Assembly (NCBI GenBank): GCA_965178125.1
Contig: OZ237754.1
Span: 1-64,000 of the forward strand
DNA length: 64,000 nt
Reading direction: 5' to 3'
From: Bilabrum cf. latius
Taxonomy: Eukaryota
Shown here: positions 62,384 to 64,000 of the stretch, piece after piece
Numbering within the stretch: position 1 is the stretch's first letter
How the letters are laid out: the number at the start of each line of letters is the position of its first letter
Made by a program: the position numbers and the translations under genes
The notes under the pieces: generated by a model
Told to the model about the DNA's origin: nothing
The model's database searches: none
What the model saw: the letters and a program-made list of their open reading frames with translations, nothing else

Positions 62384-64000
62384 TCACATCCTCCCACGCC
62401 ATAGCGCTATGGTTGCCTGCCGGATTCAGTCCCAGTAATTCCCACGTGGGCCCCACCTGAGTCTGCGTCATCCGCAGCGGGGTCTCGTTCTCGCTCCGCA
62501 ACTACCACAGTCGAAGCACCGCAGGAGTATCCATTCTCCCCACTGGTGCCACCCTATGTATCAAAATCATGCGCAGAGCAGTTGCTAACACGAAATGCTG
62601 ACCCGTATTGGCTGTGTCCCCGTTGCCTCCACCTGCCGTGCGGACTGCTGCCGCATGAAGGACCATCCCCAAGCCCAAGAACATTCTTCGCACTGCAATC
62701 TCCAACGCCTCGTGAAGCTTGCTCATTACTGCCCTGGCTTCCGCATGCTTATCCTGGTGCAGCAGTGTCGCAAGTGTGATAACCACCTTCAGCAACGACG
62801 TGCTCCCTGCCACGACCCACTCGAGCGCCCCACACACCGATCTGGTCAATATCGTGGGTAATCGAAAAATGTTGCCTTGTTCCAGTTCTGCCACTCCCGA
62901 CAACACGTGCTACCCGCACTTACTCGCAAATTGCCTGATCCCGTCCGGCATGAGCAAATCACCCGCCTCCTCCAGCACCGGTGCCACATGAAAGCTGCGG
63001 CCAGATCCTGACTCCCGGCGAAAACCAGCCGCACTCGCCATAGAAGCGAACATTATCTGCGCGGGGCGTTCAATCCGAAGCAACGAAATCTTTGCCTTGT
63101 CCGCACTCGTCAGCGCCACTGAGGCCAAGTCCTTAGCTCTCTCGCCTTCCTCCCCGAGTTCGGCCAAATACCGTGCACTGTCCCTAAATTGAAGCACCTC
63201 CTAAGACCGTACGGTGTCGTAGAACAAAGAGTCAACTCCCTTCGCCGTGGGAATGGAATTATGCACTTCCTTGGCGCCGTCTCCATCGTCTGCTCCGACC
63301 TGGCCCTGGTATGGTGACTTCTTGCAGGCGCCGGCTGACGACTTAATCGCCTGGGTGGAGTGCTCGGGCCGGGCATTTAACTCAAGCGCAAGGGCACGGA
63401 GCAACTACAACGTACCATTGGGCTCACCCGATGCCATGGCCGCAACCGCCTGTTGAATTCGCTTGTCGATCGCGTCACTCGCGGTCGCCTCTCCTGCTCC
63501 CGCGGATGCTCCCTCGACCTCTTGCTCGCGCCTTGCCGCCTTGGTGCGACGTTCCGAATCCGCCACAATGGCCTCCCAGGGAGCTTGTGCTTCCCCCACC
63601 TCTTCCGCTCTCCCCCTTTTTCCCAGCGTTGCGCCCGAGATGGTGCCCATCGACGCCTGCGCCCCAAACACCGCGCTGGCACCGCGGCTTGCCGTTGGAC
63701 CTCCCGCTGGTTTGCCACCCGCCCCAGCATCGGCCGCAGTCACTCCACCATGGCTGAATCCGCCCCCAAAATCAAAGAGGCCCAGCTCGCTCGGCGGATG
63801 GCCTGAGGTAGCAGTCGCCCCTGCACCGGCCCCCCCGCTTGGGGCAGGCAGTTTCCACCCAAACCCGCCACCGTCCATGATGCCCCGGCCCAGTGAGTGC
63901 GCTCCCATCGGCCCCCCGGCTACACGTTCAGGCCTTGACCCCGTGAATGGTGCTGTTGTTGATGCCCCGGATGGTACCGGGATCACCGGTGCTCCCCAGA
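62118..64000 (-). CDS. ORF1 / gag-like protein (5' partial)
   Basis: Five same-frame ORFs join through TAG, open from the window edge to TGA 62118. Position is upstream of and overlapping pol. Confidence 0.7.

Larger units (their letters stand above)
56473..64000 (-). mobile_element. Ngaro/DIRS-class tyrosine-recombinase retrotransposon (5' end outside window)
   Basis: Overlapping gag-like, RT-RNase H and YR ORFs, followed by repeat-spacer-repeat, as expected for the split direct repeat layout A1-ORFs-B1-A2-B2. Confidence 0.9.

Noticed and set aside
2037-64000. UAG as Trp (A-to-I editing), pyrrolysine, Leu or Glu
   Set aside because: The aligned conserved positions are Gln in at least five cases and never Trp or Leu. 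Only one (NOT3) is Glu.

Overview
This window is the left end of a compact, GC-rich eukaryotic (protist) chromosome. It opens with a (CCCTAA)n telomere and a 12 x 56-bp subtelomeric repeat, followed by about 17 tightly packed, intron-poor genes, an internally deleted hAT DNA transposon, and most of an apparently intact Ngaro/DIRS tyrosine-recombinase retrotransposon running off the right edge. The main result is a non-standard nuclear genetic code. Nearly every gene is interrupted by in-frame TAG, and never by internal TAA or TGA. Reading through TAG joins the fragmented ORF track into full-length genes, including a ~2980-aa ROD/KNTC1 and a ~3370-aa multi-C2 protein. At conserved positions TAG aligns with Gln (LSM6 LE*AEEY, LENG8 *LKSIRQD, NAGK SGCG*E, RT F*F..LSFG and PT*VIEFLG). 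TAA and TGA remain stops, so UAG=Gln appears uncoupled from UAA. Other highlights are a probable 1-nt exon in alpha-tubulin, a short-ectodomain DEG/ENaC-like channel, and a tyrosine recombinase with YxxK in place of HxxR. The gene content resembles a Cafeteria-like bicosoecid stramenopile, but that is inference only. All gene models and counts were made by hand, and homology calls come from remembered motifs, not database searches.
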